NCBI GenBank assembly: GCA_002686365.1
Contig: NZBZ01000004.1
Span: forward strand, 98,752 to 162,751
Direction of reading: 5' to 3'
Length of the DNA: 64,000 bases
DNA from: a bacterium
GTDB lineage: Bacteria; Patescibacteriota; Minisyncoccia; UBA6257; GWB1-50-10
The translations under genes and the position numbers were made by a program. How positions within the stretch are numbered: position 1 is the first letter of the stretch; each line of letters begins with the position of its first letter. The notes beneath the pieces are model-generated. The model was not told the origin of the DNA. It saw nothing but the letters and a program-made list of their open reading frames with translations, and did not search any database. Shown one piece after another: positions 16,075 through 26,557 of the stretch.

Positions 16075-17466
16075 ATGTTGAAGGATTTAATTAAGGATAG
16101 ACTGAATAAGCTCGAGAAGTATCGAGAGAGTTTTGGTGATCCGTATCCTGCCCAATCCAAGCGAACATCTGATATTGCTTCTGCGTTGAAGGATTTTTCA
16201 AAACTTGAGAAATCCTCAAAGAAAATTTCTTTGGTTGGGCGCATAACATCTTTGCGGGGGCAGGGTGGGATTTTGTTTGGAGATTTTTTTGATGAGAGTG
16301 GAAAGGCGCAATTTGTGCTTCGTAAGGGTGATACAAAAGACTTTGCGGAAAAGAAGGGGTTGTTTGATCCGGGAGACTTTGTTCAGGTTACTGGTAAGTT
16401 TTTCAAAACAAAGAGAGGGGAGAAGAGTGTTTTGGTTTCAGAGGTTGTTATGCTTTCTAAGTGTCTTAGGCCGTGGCCATCTTCGTTTTATGGTGTTTCT
16501 GATGAGGAGAAGCGTCACAGGAATCGATATTTAGATTTTATTTTTAATTCAGAGTCGAAAGAAAAGATAGAGCTTCGGACGCGGATTATCTCTGAATTAT
16601 GGGGAGCAATAGAGAAGGATGGCTTTTTAGAAGTTCAGACCCCGATTTTGCAGCCTATCCCTGGTGGTGCGCTTGCCAGGCCTTTTAAGACGCGTTTTAA
16701 CGCGTTAGATACTGATGTGTATCTGCGGATTGCCCCAGAGCTTTACTTGAAGCGTTTGCTTGTTGCTGGTTTTGAGAAAGTGTTTGAGATTGCGAAGAAT
16801 TTTCGTAATGAGGGAGTTGATAAAGACCACTACCCGGAGTTTACTATGCTTGAGCTTTACTGGGCCTATCAGGACTATGAAGGCATGATGGAGGCAACAG
16901 AGAAGTGGATTCAGTCTGCGGCAAAGAACGCGGGGATTAAGGAAGTTTCGTTCCGCGGGAAGAAACTTAAAAACTTTTTTAAGAAGTGGCCGAGGAAGAG
17001 GTATGGTGATTTGATAAAACAGTATAGCGGTAAGGAGTTGAAGGATTTGAAGACAGAGGAGATTGATGAGGTCTTTAAGAAGAGTGTTAGGCCAAAGCTT
17101 GTGGAGCCTGTGTTTGTTATAGATCATCCTAAGGCGATTTCTCCGCTTTCAAAGTCTAGGAATGACGATTCTGATTTAACAGAGCGGTTTCAGGTTGTGG
17201 TTGCGGGCACAGAGCTTTTAAATGGATTTTCAGAGTTGAATGATCCAATTGACCAGCGGGAACGAATGGAAGAGCAGGAAAAGCAGTTTCGGGCGGGAAA
17301 TGAGGAGGTCACTCGTATGGATGAGGACTTTTTGGAGGCATTGGAGTATGGTATGCCTCCTGCTGCGGGTGTGGGCATTGGTGTTGATAGACTCGTTATT
17401 TTACTTACAGACAGTCATTCAATTCGGGATGTGATGACGTTTACGAATCTGCGTCCAAAGAAGTAG
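16075..17466 (+). CDS. lysS: Lysyl-tRNA synthetase, class II
   Basis: An OB-fold N-terminus is followed by the class II core (...LRTRIISELWGAIEKDGFLEVQTPILQ..., ...GMPPAAGVGIGVDRLVILLT...). Confidence 0.85.
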   Translation: MLKDLIKDRLNKLEKYRESFGDPYPAQSKRTSDIASALKDFSKLEKSSKKISLVGRITSLRGQGGILFGDFFDESGKAQFVLRKGDTKDFAEKKGLFDPGDFVQVTGKFFKTKRGEKSVLVSEVVMLSKCLRPWPSSFYGVSDEEKRHRNRYLDFIFNSESKEKIELRTRIISELWGAIEKDGFLEVQTPILQPIPGGALARPFKTRFNALDTDVYLRIAPELYLKRLLVAGFEKVFEIAKNFRNEGVDKDHYPEFTMLELYWAYQDYEGMMEATEKWIQSAAKNAGIKEVSFRGKKLKNFFKKWPRKRYGDLIKQYSGKELKDLKTEEIDEVFKKSVRPKLVEPVFVIDHPKAISPLSKSRNDDSDLTERFQVVVAGTELLNGFSELNDPIDQRERMEEQEKQFRAGNEEVTRMDEDFLEALEYGMPPAAGVGIGVDRLVILLTDSHSIRDVMTFTNLRPKK

Positions 17467-17471
17467 TTCCT

Positions 17472-17879
17472 ATGAAAAAGGTTCTTGTGTTTGGTGTATT
17501 TGATGGGGTCCATGATGGGCACCTTTCTTTTTTGAAGCAGGCTCGCGAGTGCGGGGACTACTTAATTGTTGCAGTGGCTCAAGATGAGGTTATTCAGGCT
17601 TTGAAAGGAAGGGGCCCTTTAAAAGAATTAAAAATTAGAAAGCAGGAGGTGAAGGATACAAAATTTGTGGATGAGGTGATTGATGGAGATACTGATTTGG
17701 GAAGTTGGGGCGTGATTGGAAAAGTGAAGCCCAATGTTATAGCATTAGGATATGATCAAGAGGGGTTGAGGGGCGTTTTGGAAAGAGCCTTGAAGGAGAA
17801 GGGTCTAGATATTGAGATTGTGGTTATGGGTGGGTATAGGCCAGATAAGCTGCATTCTTCAATTTTGAGTCAAAAATAG
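17472..17879 (+). CDS. Cytidylyltransferase-like nucleotidyltransferase (FAD synthetase / RibL-like, HxGH motif)
   Basis: MKKVLVFGVFDGVHDGHLSFLKQARECGDYLIVAV is a Rossmann nucleotidyltransferase signature; 135 aa. Confidence 0.5.
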   Translation: MKKVLVFGVFDGVHDGHLSFLKQARECGDYLIVAVAQDEVIQALKGRGPLKELKIRKQEVKDTKFVDEVIDGDTDLGSWGVIGKVKPNVIALGYDQEGLRGVLERALKEKGLDIEIVVMGGYRPDKLHSSILSQK

Positions 17880-17882
17880 TTT

Positions 17883-19130
17883 ATGTTGGACGTTAATTTA
17901 ATTCGTAAAGAGCCGGATAAGGTTCGTGAGGGAGTAGAGAAGAAGGGAGTTGATCCAAAGCTCGTGGATGATTTTTTGGCTGTTGATGAGAAGTGGCGTG
18001 GTATTGTTGCATCTTTAGATGAGCTTCGGTCAAAGCAGAATGAGATTACTGATAAACTTTCAGCCGGTAAGAAGGATGATTTGATTGAGGAGGCAAAAAA
18101 GTTTAAGGAGAAAATTTCGAAACTTGAGGATGAATCGAAGGGGCTGGAGAATGAGCGGAATAAGATTTTGAATGATTTGCCGAACATTCCGTTTAGAGAT
18201 GTACTAGTTGGAAAAGATGAGAATGAAAATAAAGTTCTTCGAAAAGAGGGCAAGAAGCCAAAGTTTGGTTTTAAAGTAAAAGATTCGTTTTCTCTTGGCG
18301 AGGATTTGGGAATTATTGATACGAAAAAGGCATCTCAAGTTGCAGGTACGCGATTTGGATATCTGAAGGGAGATGCTGTGATGCTTCAGTTTGCTCTTAT
18401 GCGTCTTGGGTTTGAAATGCTTATGAAGGATGGGTTTGTTCCAGTTCTTCCTCCTGTGATGATTAAGCCGGAGGTTTTCGCGGGAATGGGGCGTCTTGCA
18501 GCAGATCAGGAGCAGGAGCGGTATCATTTTTCAAAAGATGATTTGTATCTTGTAGGAAGCGCAGAGCATACGCTCGGTCCTTTGCATATGAAAGACACTT
18601 TGGATTCAAAAGATCTTCCGAGGCGGTATGTTGGGTACTCTACTTGCTTTCGTCGTGAGGCAGGGTCTTATGGAAAGGATACAAAGGGAATTTTTCGAGT
18701 GCATCAGTTTGATAAACTTGAGATGTTTTCGTTTGTAGATCCGGAGAAGTCGGGAGAGGAGCATGAGTTTATGCTTTCTTTGCAGGAGAAGCTGATGCAG
18801 AAGCTGGAGCTGCCGTATCAGGTGGTTGATATTTGTACAGGAGATATGGGATGGACTGATGCAAAGCAGTACGATATTGAGGTGTGGTTTCCTAGTGAGG
18901 ACAGGTATCGTGAGACACATTCCTGCTCAGATACAACTGATTTTCAGGCGCGGGGAATTGGTGCAAAGTATCGAAAGGATGGTAAGACGGAATTTTTGCA
19001 CATGTTAAACGCTACTGTGTTTTCACAGCGTCCGCTTCTTGCGATTTTGGAAAACTATCAGAAGAAAGATGGGACTATTGAAGTTCCGAAAGTTTTGCAG
19101 AAGGACATGGGGAAGAAGGTTATTGGATAG
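17883..19130 (+). CDS. serS: Seryl-tRNA synthetase
   Basis: N-terminal coiled-coil (MLDVNLIRKEPDKVREGVEKKG...) and a class II core (...FRREAGSYGKDTKGIFRVHQFDKLE...). Confidence 0.85.
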   Translation: MLDVNLIRKEPDKVREGVEKKGVDPKLVDDFLAVDEKWRGIVASLDELRSKQNEITDKLSAGKKDDLIEEAKKFKEKISKLEDESKGLENERNKILNDLPNIPFRDVLVGKDENENKVLRKEGKKPKFGFKVKDSFSLGEDLGIIDTKKASQVAGTRFGYLKGDAVMLQFALMRLGFEMLMKDGFVPVLPPVMIKPEVFAGMGRLAADQEQERYHFSKDDLYLVGSAEHTLGPLHMKDTLDSKDLPRRYVGYSTCFRREAGSYGKDTKGIFRVHQFDKLEMFSFVDPEKSGEEHEFMLSLQEKLMQKLELPYQVVDICTGDMGWTDAKQYDIEVWFPSEDRYRETHSCSDTTDFQARGIGAKYRKDGKTEFLHMLNATVFSQRPLLAILENYQKKDGTIEVPKVLQKDMGKKVIG

Positions 19131-19151
19131 GATTTAGGCGATAGAAATAAA

Positions 19152-19186
19152 GAGGCGCATCTTGGTAGATGCGTCTTTTTTTCGTA
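19152..19186 (+). terminator. Rho-independent terminator after serS (GGCGCATC-TTGGTA-GATGCGTC plus T7)
   Basis: The hairpin is followed by TTTTTTT. Confidence 0.5.
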
Positions 19187-19225
19187 ACAGTGGTCCCTAT
19201 TGTCCACCTTTCGTTTGCGGTGCAG

Positions 19226-19513
19226 TTACTTTCGTCGGCTACCTTTTCTCAATGGTTTACGTCCTCTGGGTCTAGGAGGTATTGCTAGTGATGTTAGGGT
19301 TCCCTGTTCAAGGCCTAGAGCGTTTTCGTACGCTCTTAAGACTGGTTTAGATGCTCGAACTTTCCCTTTTTCAATGTATGATAGAGTCTGCCTTGTAAGC
19401 GGTTTTGGATCGACGAGTATTGCTATATTTGCCAAGCTGAGCCTTGGTCTTGTCGACTCTCTTCTTCTTCGCAGCTTTTTTCCTAATGCTCGGTCTTCAG
19501 GTCGTACTATCAT
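19226..19513 (-). CDS. Possible small XRE-family HTH protein (95 aa, basic)
   Basis: ...RLSLANIAILVDPKPLTRQTLSYIEKGKVRASKPVLRAYENALGL... resembles an HTH_XRE (helix, turn, recognition helix, then IE.G...P). It lies downstream of rel on the same strand. Coding status is uncertain; an ncRNA alternative was considered. Confidence 0.3.
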   Translation of the reverse strand: MIVRPEDRALGKKLRRRRESTRPRLSLANIAILVDPKPLTRQTLSYIEKGKVRASKPVLRAYENALGLEQGTLTSLAIPPRPRGRKPLRKGSRRK

Positions 19514-19609
19514 TGTCAGCTCTTTTCTTCTGTTTCTTGAGGGGGCGTGATGGGGAGGGGAGAGCGGAGGCCTAGTATATTTTTAAGGAATAAGTTTGTT
19601 GTTGTCAAA

Positions 19610-21226
19610 CTACTTTCTTTTCCAGAAGGATTGTTCTTTTTCTCTTAGAGCTTTTCTTATGTGAGTTTTTGCCATGGAAGTTTTTACAAATTTTAACCAT
19701 GATTCTGATGGTTTTTTCTTTTTCTGGCGCTGGATTTCTACAACATCGCCGGATTCCAGCTTGTGTTCTAATTGAACTATATTCCCGTTTACCTTTGCCC
19801 CAATACATTCATCCCCAACTTCAGAGTGGATGTGGTATGCAAAGTCAACTGGTGTTGCGTCATGAGGAAGATCTATAACATCTCCTTTTGGTGTTACTGC
19901 GAAGATTCGGTCCTTGAAGAAGTCTTTTAGAGAGTTTAGGAATTCTCCTCCTGATCCTCCGTGCGTTTCCTGCCATTCTTTTAACTGTTTTAGCCAAGCA
20001 GTCTCTTTTTTGTCCGCGAATACAGCCTTTCTTTTTTTGTATGATTTTTTTTCTTTTTCTTCTTCGTATGCCCAGTGTGCGGCCATTCCGTATTGGGCCT
20101 CTTCGTGCATCTTCTCTGTTCGTATTTGGAATTCTGCTATTTTGTTATCTAGACAGAAGACTGTGGTGTGGAGTGATTGGTAGCCGTTTGGTTTTGGTAG
20201 GGCGATATAGTCTTTTATTTTTCCCGGGAGTGGTTTCCATAGGCTGTGTATGATTCCGAGGACTTTATAACACTCCTCAACGTTTTTTACGATTATTCGC
20301 ATTGCGATAAGGTCGTGGATCTGTTCAAAGTTCATGTCGTACTTTTTGAGTTTTTTATAGATGCTTGAGAGACGTTTTGCTCTAAAGTTTATTCTTGTTG
20401 GCGTTAGATTATTTTCTTTCAGTTCTTTTTCTATAACCTTTCTTACTTTTTTTAAATACTTCTCTCTCTGCTCGAGCTTTTCCGAAACGTTTTTTTGTAG
20501 CCACTTGTAGTCTTTTGGAAAGAGATAGGGGAGACAGAGGTCTTCGAGCTCTCCTGCAACTGATGCCATTCCAAGGCGATAGGCAAGAGAGGCATAGATC
20601 TCATATGTTTCTAAAGCGATACGATTACGCTTTTCTTCTGGGAGGGCGTCCAGGGTTTTCATGTTGTGCAGGCGGTCAGCAAGTTTTATAAAGATGACGC
20701 GTATGTCATCACTTATTGCAAGGATCATTTTTTTAAAGTTTTCTCCTCGCTCTTTTTCCCGCTTTTTGTCTTCTTTTCTTTCTCGGAATTTGAAGTGTCC
20801 GAGTTTTGTTACTCCGTCTACGAGGCAGGCAATTTCTTCTCCGAATTCTTTTTTTATTTCACTTAGTGAGCTGTGCGTATCTTCTGTAGTGTCGTGGAGG
20901 ATACTGGCTGCAATTACATATGGTCCTAAGCCCCACTCACAGAGAGTTTTTGCTGTTTCAAATGGATGAATAAAATAGTCTTCTCCGGACTTTCGTTTTA
21001 GGCCTTCGTGGGCCATTTTTGAGAACTCGTAGGCGCGTTTAATAAGGTCTTTTTCCTGCTTTGAGAGCTTTCCGTTTTTTATTTTTAGTAGGTCGTTTAA
21101 GTCGTACATGATTTTTGGTGTATTTTGATGATACCTTCTTTTTCTTGACTTTTCTATGGGTCTTTTTATATACTTGGTAGGCATTAGCAGGGAAAGGTCG
21201 TCACTGCTAATAAGGCGCATATTCAC
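19610..21226 (-). CDS. rel: (p)ppGpp synthetase/hydrolase Rel/SpoT, short form (HD + synthetase + TGS, no ACT)
   Basis: HD motif ...ILHDTTEDT..., a RelA/SpoT synthetase core, and a C-terminal TGS (...FAVTPKGDVIDLPHDATPVDFAYHIHSEVGD...). 538 aa. Confidence 0.8.
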   Translation of the reverse strand: MNMRLISSDDLSLLMPTKYIKRPIEKSRKRRYHQNTPKIMYDLNDLLKIKNGKLSKQEKDLIKRAYEFSKMAHEGLKRKSGEDYFIHPFETAKTLCEWGLGPYVIAASILHDTTEDTHSSLSEIKKEFGEEIACLVDGVTKLGHFKFRERKEDKKREKERGENFKKMILAISDDIRVIFIKLADRLHNMKTLDALPEEKRNRIALETYEIYASLAYRLGMASVAGELEDLCLPYLFPKDYKWLQKNVSEKLEQREKYLKKVRKVIEKELKENNLTPTRINFRAKRLSSIYKKLKKYDMNFEQIHDLIAMRIIVKNVEECYKVLGIIHSLWKPLPGKIKDYIALPKPNGYQSLHTTVFCLDNKIAEFQIRTEKMHEEAQYGMAAHWAYEEEKEKKSYKKRKAVFADKKETAWLKQLKEWQETHGGSGGEFLNSLKDFFKDRIFAVTPKGDVIDLPHDATPVDFAYHIHSEVGDECIGAKVNGNIVQLEHKLESGDVVEIQRQKKKKPSESWLKFVKTSMAKTHIRKALREKEQSFWKRK

Positions 21227-21243
21227 TAATTTAAAGGAATTTT

Positions 21244-21537
21244 ATGAATTTTAAGCCACTTTCGAATCATGTCTTCATTGAGCCTCTAGATGAGGAGAAG
21301 ACAACAGAGTCGGGGATTGTGATTCCTGATACTGCGGATAAAGAGAAGCCTATGCAGGGCAAGGTTATTGCTGTTGGCCCTGGAAAGAAAGATGATGGCG
21401 GGAAGGTTGTCCCAATGTCAGTTAAGGTCGGAGACGTTATTCTTTTTAAGAAGTATGGTCCTGATGAGATAGAGTTCGGGGGCACGGAGTATCTTGTTGG
21501 AAGCGAGGATGACATACTTGCGATAATCGAAAAATAA
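21244..21537 (+). CDS. groES: Co-chaperonin GroES
   Basis: MNFKPLSNHVFIEPLDEEKTTESGIVIPDTADKEKPMQGKVIAVGPG... Confidence 0.85.
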   Translation: MNFKPLSNHVFIEPLDEEKTTESGIVIPDTADKEKPMQGKVIAVGPGKKDDGGKVVPMSVKVGDVILFKKYGPDEIEFGGTEYLVGSEDDILAIIEK

Positions 21538-21570
21538 TTAATGTAGTGGTGGGGCTCGTTACGCTCATAG

Positions 21571-23253
<1,683 letters not shown>

Positions 23254-23440
23254 TACTTTCTCTTTCCTCGTTTCGTGCGCTTCGCTCGAATTTTCTCATC
23301 TTTACTTGTCGTAAGAAATAACGAAATTTCGCGAACTCGCTTCGCTCAAACACCGCTCGATTTCTATTTCTTGATACTCCTCGTTCAGTGAGCATTCTCT
23401 CGCTACGCGATACTCAACAAAGGAAAGATAAAGTATCTTT
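23254..23440 (+). repeat. 3'-UTR repeat family B, copy after groEL
   Basis: ...CGCGAACTCGCTTCGCTCAAACACCGCTCGATTTCTATTTCTTGATAC... and ...CGCGATACTCAACAAAGGAAAG... are shared with the copies at 2037, 61340 and 57916. Confidence 0.45.
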
Positions 23441-23463
23441 GGGGTTGGAGGGTGATTATTGAA

Positions 23464-23490
23464 AGCCCCGCCTTGGCGGGGTTTTTGGTT
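23464..23490 (+). terminator. Rho-independent terminator AGCCCCGCC-TTGG-CGGGGTTTTT
   Basis: Same hairpin family as at 2283 and 48620. Confidence 0.5.
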
Positions 23491-23562
23491 GTAAAAAAAA
23501 TGACCCTAGCATGGTGCGTAGGGTCTATATTGCGAGGCGGCATTGGGGGACTTGCTTGTCGG

Positions 23563-23952
23563 CTAGGAGGTCGCCGAGAGTTCCGGGTCCTCGGGTTCGT
23601 CATCGAGGAGCGCCATGCTAGCTGCTTGCGGGTCGAAGTGCTCGGGGAGCTTAGTCGTGTCACTATAGCTTGCCCCGAGAAGTTTCGCTCCTGCAAGGTC
23701 TGTCTTGCTAAGATCCGCCCCCCGAAGATCTGCTCCGTGAAGATTCGCGTCTCGGAGATTCGTTTCGAGAAGAGTCGCTCCTCGGAGACTTGCTCCGCGG
23801 AAATCTGCGCCTTGTAGGTTTGCCATGCTTAGGCTTGCCATGCGTAGGTCTGCCCCTGGCGCGTGTACTCCGGGTCCGAGAGCGAGGACGACGGTAACAG
23901 TGAGCCTGCCGTTCTCTTGGTTCAGGGTCGTGATCGTGCGGGGCTTGTGCAT
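23563..23952 (-). CDS. Pentapeptide-repeat protein (129 aa) in a GC-rich islet
   Basis: Tandem A(D/N)LxG pentapeptides (ANLQGADFRGASLRGATLLETNLRDANLHGADLRGADLSKTDLAGAKL). GC content looks far above the genome background. Confidence 0.6.
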   Translation of the reverse strand: MHKPRTITTLNQENGRLTVTVVLALGPGVHAPGADLRMASLSMANLQGADFRGASLRGATLLETNLRDANLHGADLRGADLSKTDLAGAKLLGASYSDTTKLPEHFDPQAASMALLDDEPEDPELSATS

Positions 23953-24155
23953 CTTGGACTCCTGTTTCAGGTTGTTTCTGGGGAGTGGTAGCGCGGGGTT
24001 GAAGAGGGGTTGGGCCTTGAGCTTCTTAGCTTGTTATGTTGTATGATATTTTTGTCTTTGTGTCAATGTTTTTTGATTTTGTCTGGCTTTTGGTTTTTTG
24101 CGCTAGTGGGGTATAATGCTAAAAAGGCCGGATTAGTTAAATATTAAGTATTTTT

Positions 24156-24734
24156 ATGTTTTTAGGTATTTCTATTGGTTTGTGGGTTGTTATCGGGGTC
24201 GTTCTTATTGTTGTACTGTGGTTTATCGGTACATATAACCGATTTGTGCGGCTTAGGAATCGCGTAGATGAGGCATGGTCGGATATTGACGTGCAGTTAA
24301 AGCGTCGCGCTAATCTTATCCCTAATGTTATAGAGACTGTAAAGGGGTATGCAAAGCATGAAGAGGGAGTGTTTACAAAGGTAACAGATGCTAGAACGCG
24401 TGTGATGGATGCGGAGAAAAAGGGTGACGTAAAGGGAACAGCACAGGCTGAAAATATGCTTTCCGGCGCACTGAAGACTCTTTTCGCGGTTTCAGAGAAT
24501 TATCCTGATTTGAAGGCAAATGCGAACTTTTTGGATTTGCAGAGAGAGCTTGCTGATACAGAGAATAAGATTCAGGCATCACGCAGATTCTATAACACGA
24601 ACGTGAAAGAACTGAACGTGAAGATAGATTCTGTGCCGAGCAATGTTGTGGCAAGTATGATTGGCGTTAAGAAGCGTGAGTACTTTGAGGTTGAGGAAGA
24701 GGGAGAAAGGAAGCCGACTAAGGTTAGCTTCTAG
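24156..24734 (+). CDS. lemA: LemA family membrane protein
   Basis: An N-terminal TM segment followed by ...YNRFVRLRNRVDEAWSDIDVQLKRRANLIPN... (LemA signature). Confidence 0.75.
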   Translation: MFLGISIGLWVVIGVVLIVVLWFIGTYNRFVRLRNRVDEAWSDIDVQLKRRANLIPNVIETVKGYAKHEEGVFTKVTDARTRVMDAEKKGDVKGTAQAENMLSGALKTLFAVSENYPDLKANANFLDLQRELADTENKIQASRRFYNTNVKELNVKIDSVPSNVVASMIGVKKREYFEVEEEGERKPTKVSF

Positions 24735-24775
24735 CTTCTAGCTTTTAGCTTATAGCTTCATTAGCTTATAGCTTT
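24724..24775 (+). repeat. Tandem TAGCTTN heptamer repeats (family D), seven units, overlapping the lemA stop codon
   Basis: TTAGCTTCTAGCTTCTAGCTTTTAGCTTATAGCTTCATTAGCTTATAGCTTTT. A 30-nt stretch is identical to the one after rpoD. Confidence 0.55.
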
Positions 24776-24823
24776 TATTTTTAGTAGATAATAGTTACAG
24801 ACTAAAGACTATTAGCCGCGTTA

Positions 24824-25729
24824 ATGGCAACTCTTTATACACACAAGGATTCGAATATCCGGAAGACATTTTTGCTCTTTACGGTATTTTTGGTATTTGT
24901 AATTGGTGTTGGATGGATTTTTGCGCAAGTGTATGGGAATTCGCTGATTTTGTATGTTGCTGTTGCATTCAGTCTGATTATGAATGTTTTGGCGTACTGG
25001 TATTCAGATAAGATTGTTTTGAAGATGGCCCGCGCTAAGGAGATTTCTAAGAAGGATTATAGAGAGCTTTATAACATTGTAGAAAATCTTTCTATTACAG
25101 CGGGTTTGCCTACGCCAAAGATATATCTAGTTGATGAGGTTCAGCCTAATGCGTTTGCAACTGGCAGGGATCCAGAGCATGGAGTGGTGGCTGTTACGCG
25201 TGGACTTTTAGAGCGATTGGATAGGAGCGAGCTTGAAGGGGTGATTGCCCATGAGCTTTCGCACATTGGAAATCGGGATATGCTTATTTCTACTGTTGCA
25301 GTTGTGCTTGTTGGGTTTATCTCTATTCTTTCTGATATATTTATGCGTTCCATGCTTTGGGGAGGGCTTGGGAGGCGGGATAGTCGGGATAGCGGGGGAC
25401 AGGTTATGTTCTTGATTGGAATTGCCGCCTCGATTTTGGCTCCTATTGGAGCAGTTTTAATGCAGCTTGCTATTTCCAGAAAGAGAGAGTTTTTAGCTGA
25501 TGCTTCTGGGGCCTTGCTTACTCGGCATCCAGAGGGGCTTGCCCTAGCGCTTGAGAAGATTTCATCTGATCAGACTCCCATGAAGAAGGCAGCTAGTTCT
25601 ACAACAGCGCACTTGTGGCTCTCCTCTCCGTTTCGGGGGCGGAAGGGCACGCCATGGTTTGCAAAAATGTTTATGACTCATCCTCCGACTCATGATAGAA
25701 CAAAGGCTCTTCGTGGGATGGATGTTTGA
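24824..25729 (+). CDS. htpX: Zinc metalloprotease HtpX (peptidase M48)
   Basis: N-terminal TM helices, the HELSHIGNRD HExxH motif, and further C-terminal TM segments. Confidence 0.8.
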   Translation: MATLYTHKDSNIRKTFLLFTVFLVFVIGVGWIFAQVYGNSLILYVAVAFSLIMNVLAYWYSDKIVLKMARAKEISKKDYRELYNIVENLSITAGLPTPKIYLVDEVQPNAFATGRDPEHGVVAVTRGLLERLDRSELEGVIAHELSHIGNRDMLISTVAVVLVGFISILSDIFMRSMLWGGLGRRDSRDSGGQVMFLIGIAASILAPIGAVLMQLAISRKREFLADASGALLTRHPEGLALALEKISSDQTPMKKAASSTTAHLWLSSPFRGRKGTPWFAKMFMTHPPTHDRTKALRGMDV

Positions 25730-25747
25730 TTGTGTGTGTGATAAACT

Positions 25748-26449
25748 TTGTTCGCTATGAGACATGAATTTGGAAAGACAATAATTATTGCGCTTGGGGG
25801 GTCTGTTATTTTTCCAGAGAAGATTGATATAAAGTTTTTGAAAGAATTTCGGGCTCTTATTATGAGTCAGATTAATCGTCACAAGAGGCGATTTATTATT
25901 GTTACTGGTGGTGGAAGAATTTGCCGGGTGTATCAGCAGGCCGCGAAAAGAGTTGTGCGTGTTGCAGATGAGGATACGGATTGGCTTGGGATTCATACTA
26001 CAAGGTGTAATGCGCATCTTTTGCGGACTATTTTTCGGAAGGATGCAAATCCTATTGTGTTTGATAAGCGGCATCGAATAAAGGGTTTGAAATATCCAAT
26101 TACGATTGCATCTGGTTGGAGGCCGGGCAATTCAACGGATTATATTGCAGTTCGTCTTGCTTGTGATTTTAAGGTGTCAGAAATTGTGATTTTAGGAAAA
26201 CCAAAGTATGTGTATGATAAGGATCCAGATAAATATAAGGGAGCAAATCCTATTCAAGATATGAGTTGGAAGGAGTGTCGCAAGCTTGTCCCTGAAAAGT
26301 GGGTGCCGGGAGCTAATTCTCCGGTAGATCCTATTGCTGCGCGAATTGGAGAGGAGCGTAATGTGAATGCTCTTGTTTTGGGTAAGAATTTAAAAAACCT
26401 TAAAAACCTTTTGGAAGGACGCGATTTCCAAGGAACTTTAATTTCATAA
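25748..26449 (+). CDS. pyrH: UMP kinase, archaeal-type (amino-acid kinase family)
   Basis: IIIALGGSVIFPEKIDIKFLKEF...FIIVTGGG...GIHTTRCNAHLL...SGWRPGNSTDYIAVRLA...VDPIAARI. This follows the archaeal PyrH pattern rather than the bacterial KRVLLKLSGE type. Confidence 0.7.
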   Translation: MFAMRHEFGKTIIIALGGSVIFPEKIDIKFLKEFRALIMSQINRHKRRFIIVTGGGRICRVYQQAAKRVVRVADEDTDWLGIHTTRCNAHLLRTIFRKDANPIVFDKRHRIKGLKYPITIASGWRPGNSTDYIAVRLACDFKVSEIVILGKPKYVYDKDPDKYKGANPIQDMSWKECRKLVPEKWVPGANSPVDPIAARIGEERNVNALVLGKNLKNLKNLLEGRDFQGTLIS

Positions 26450-26517
26450 TGTATTGCGGGGGTGTTTAGTAGGTATGGTTCTTGGCAGTTTTTTGTTATT
26501 TTACTATTTTACGATTT

Positions 26518-26557
26518 ACGATGCAGTTATGTGACGGTCGTGCTATAATTGCATCGT
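26518..26557 (+). promoter_or_regulatory. Hairpin element E (arms ACGATGCA/TGCATCGT, inner ACGGTCGTG) overlapping a TATAAT (26544-26549) and the GTG start of the downstream gene
   Basis: It forms a direct repeat pair with 27085-27124 (~85% identical). The -10-like TATAAT is 6 nt before the start codon, so the transcript is likely leaderless. Confidence 0.4.

Noticed and set aside
19190-19560. tmRNA or another housekeeping ncRNA in the serS-rel intergenic region
   Set aside because: No tRNA-like T-arm (GGTTCGAnTCC) or CCA end, and no tag-peptide reading frame ending in a hydrophobic tail followed by a stop. The region is more parsimoniously a weak small ORF or UTR.
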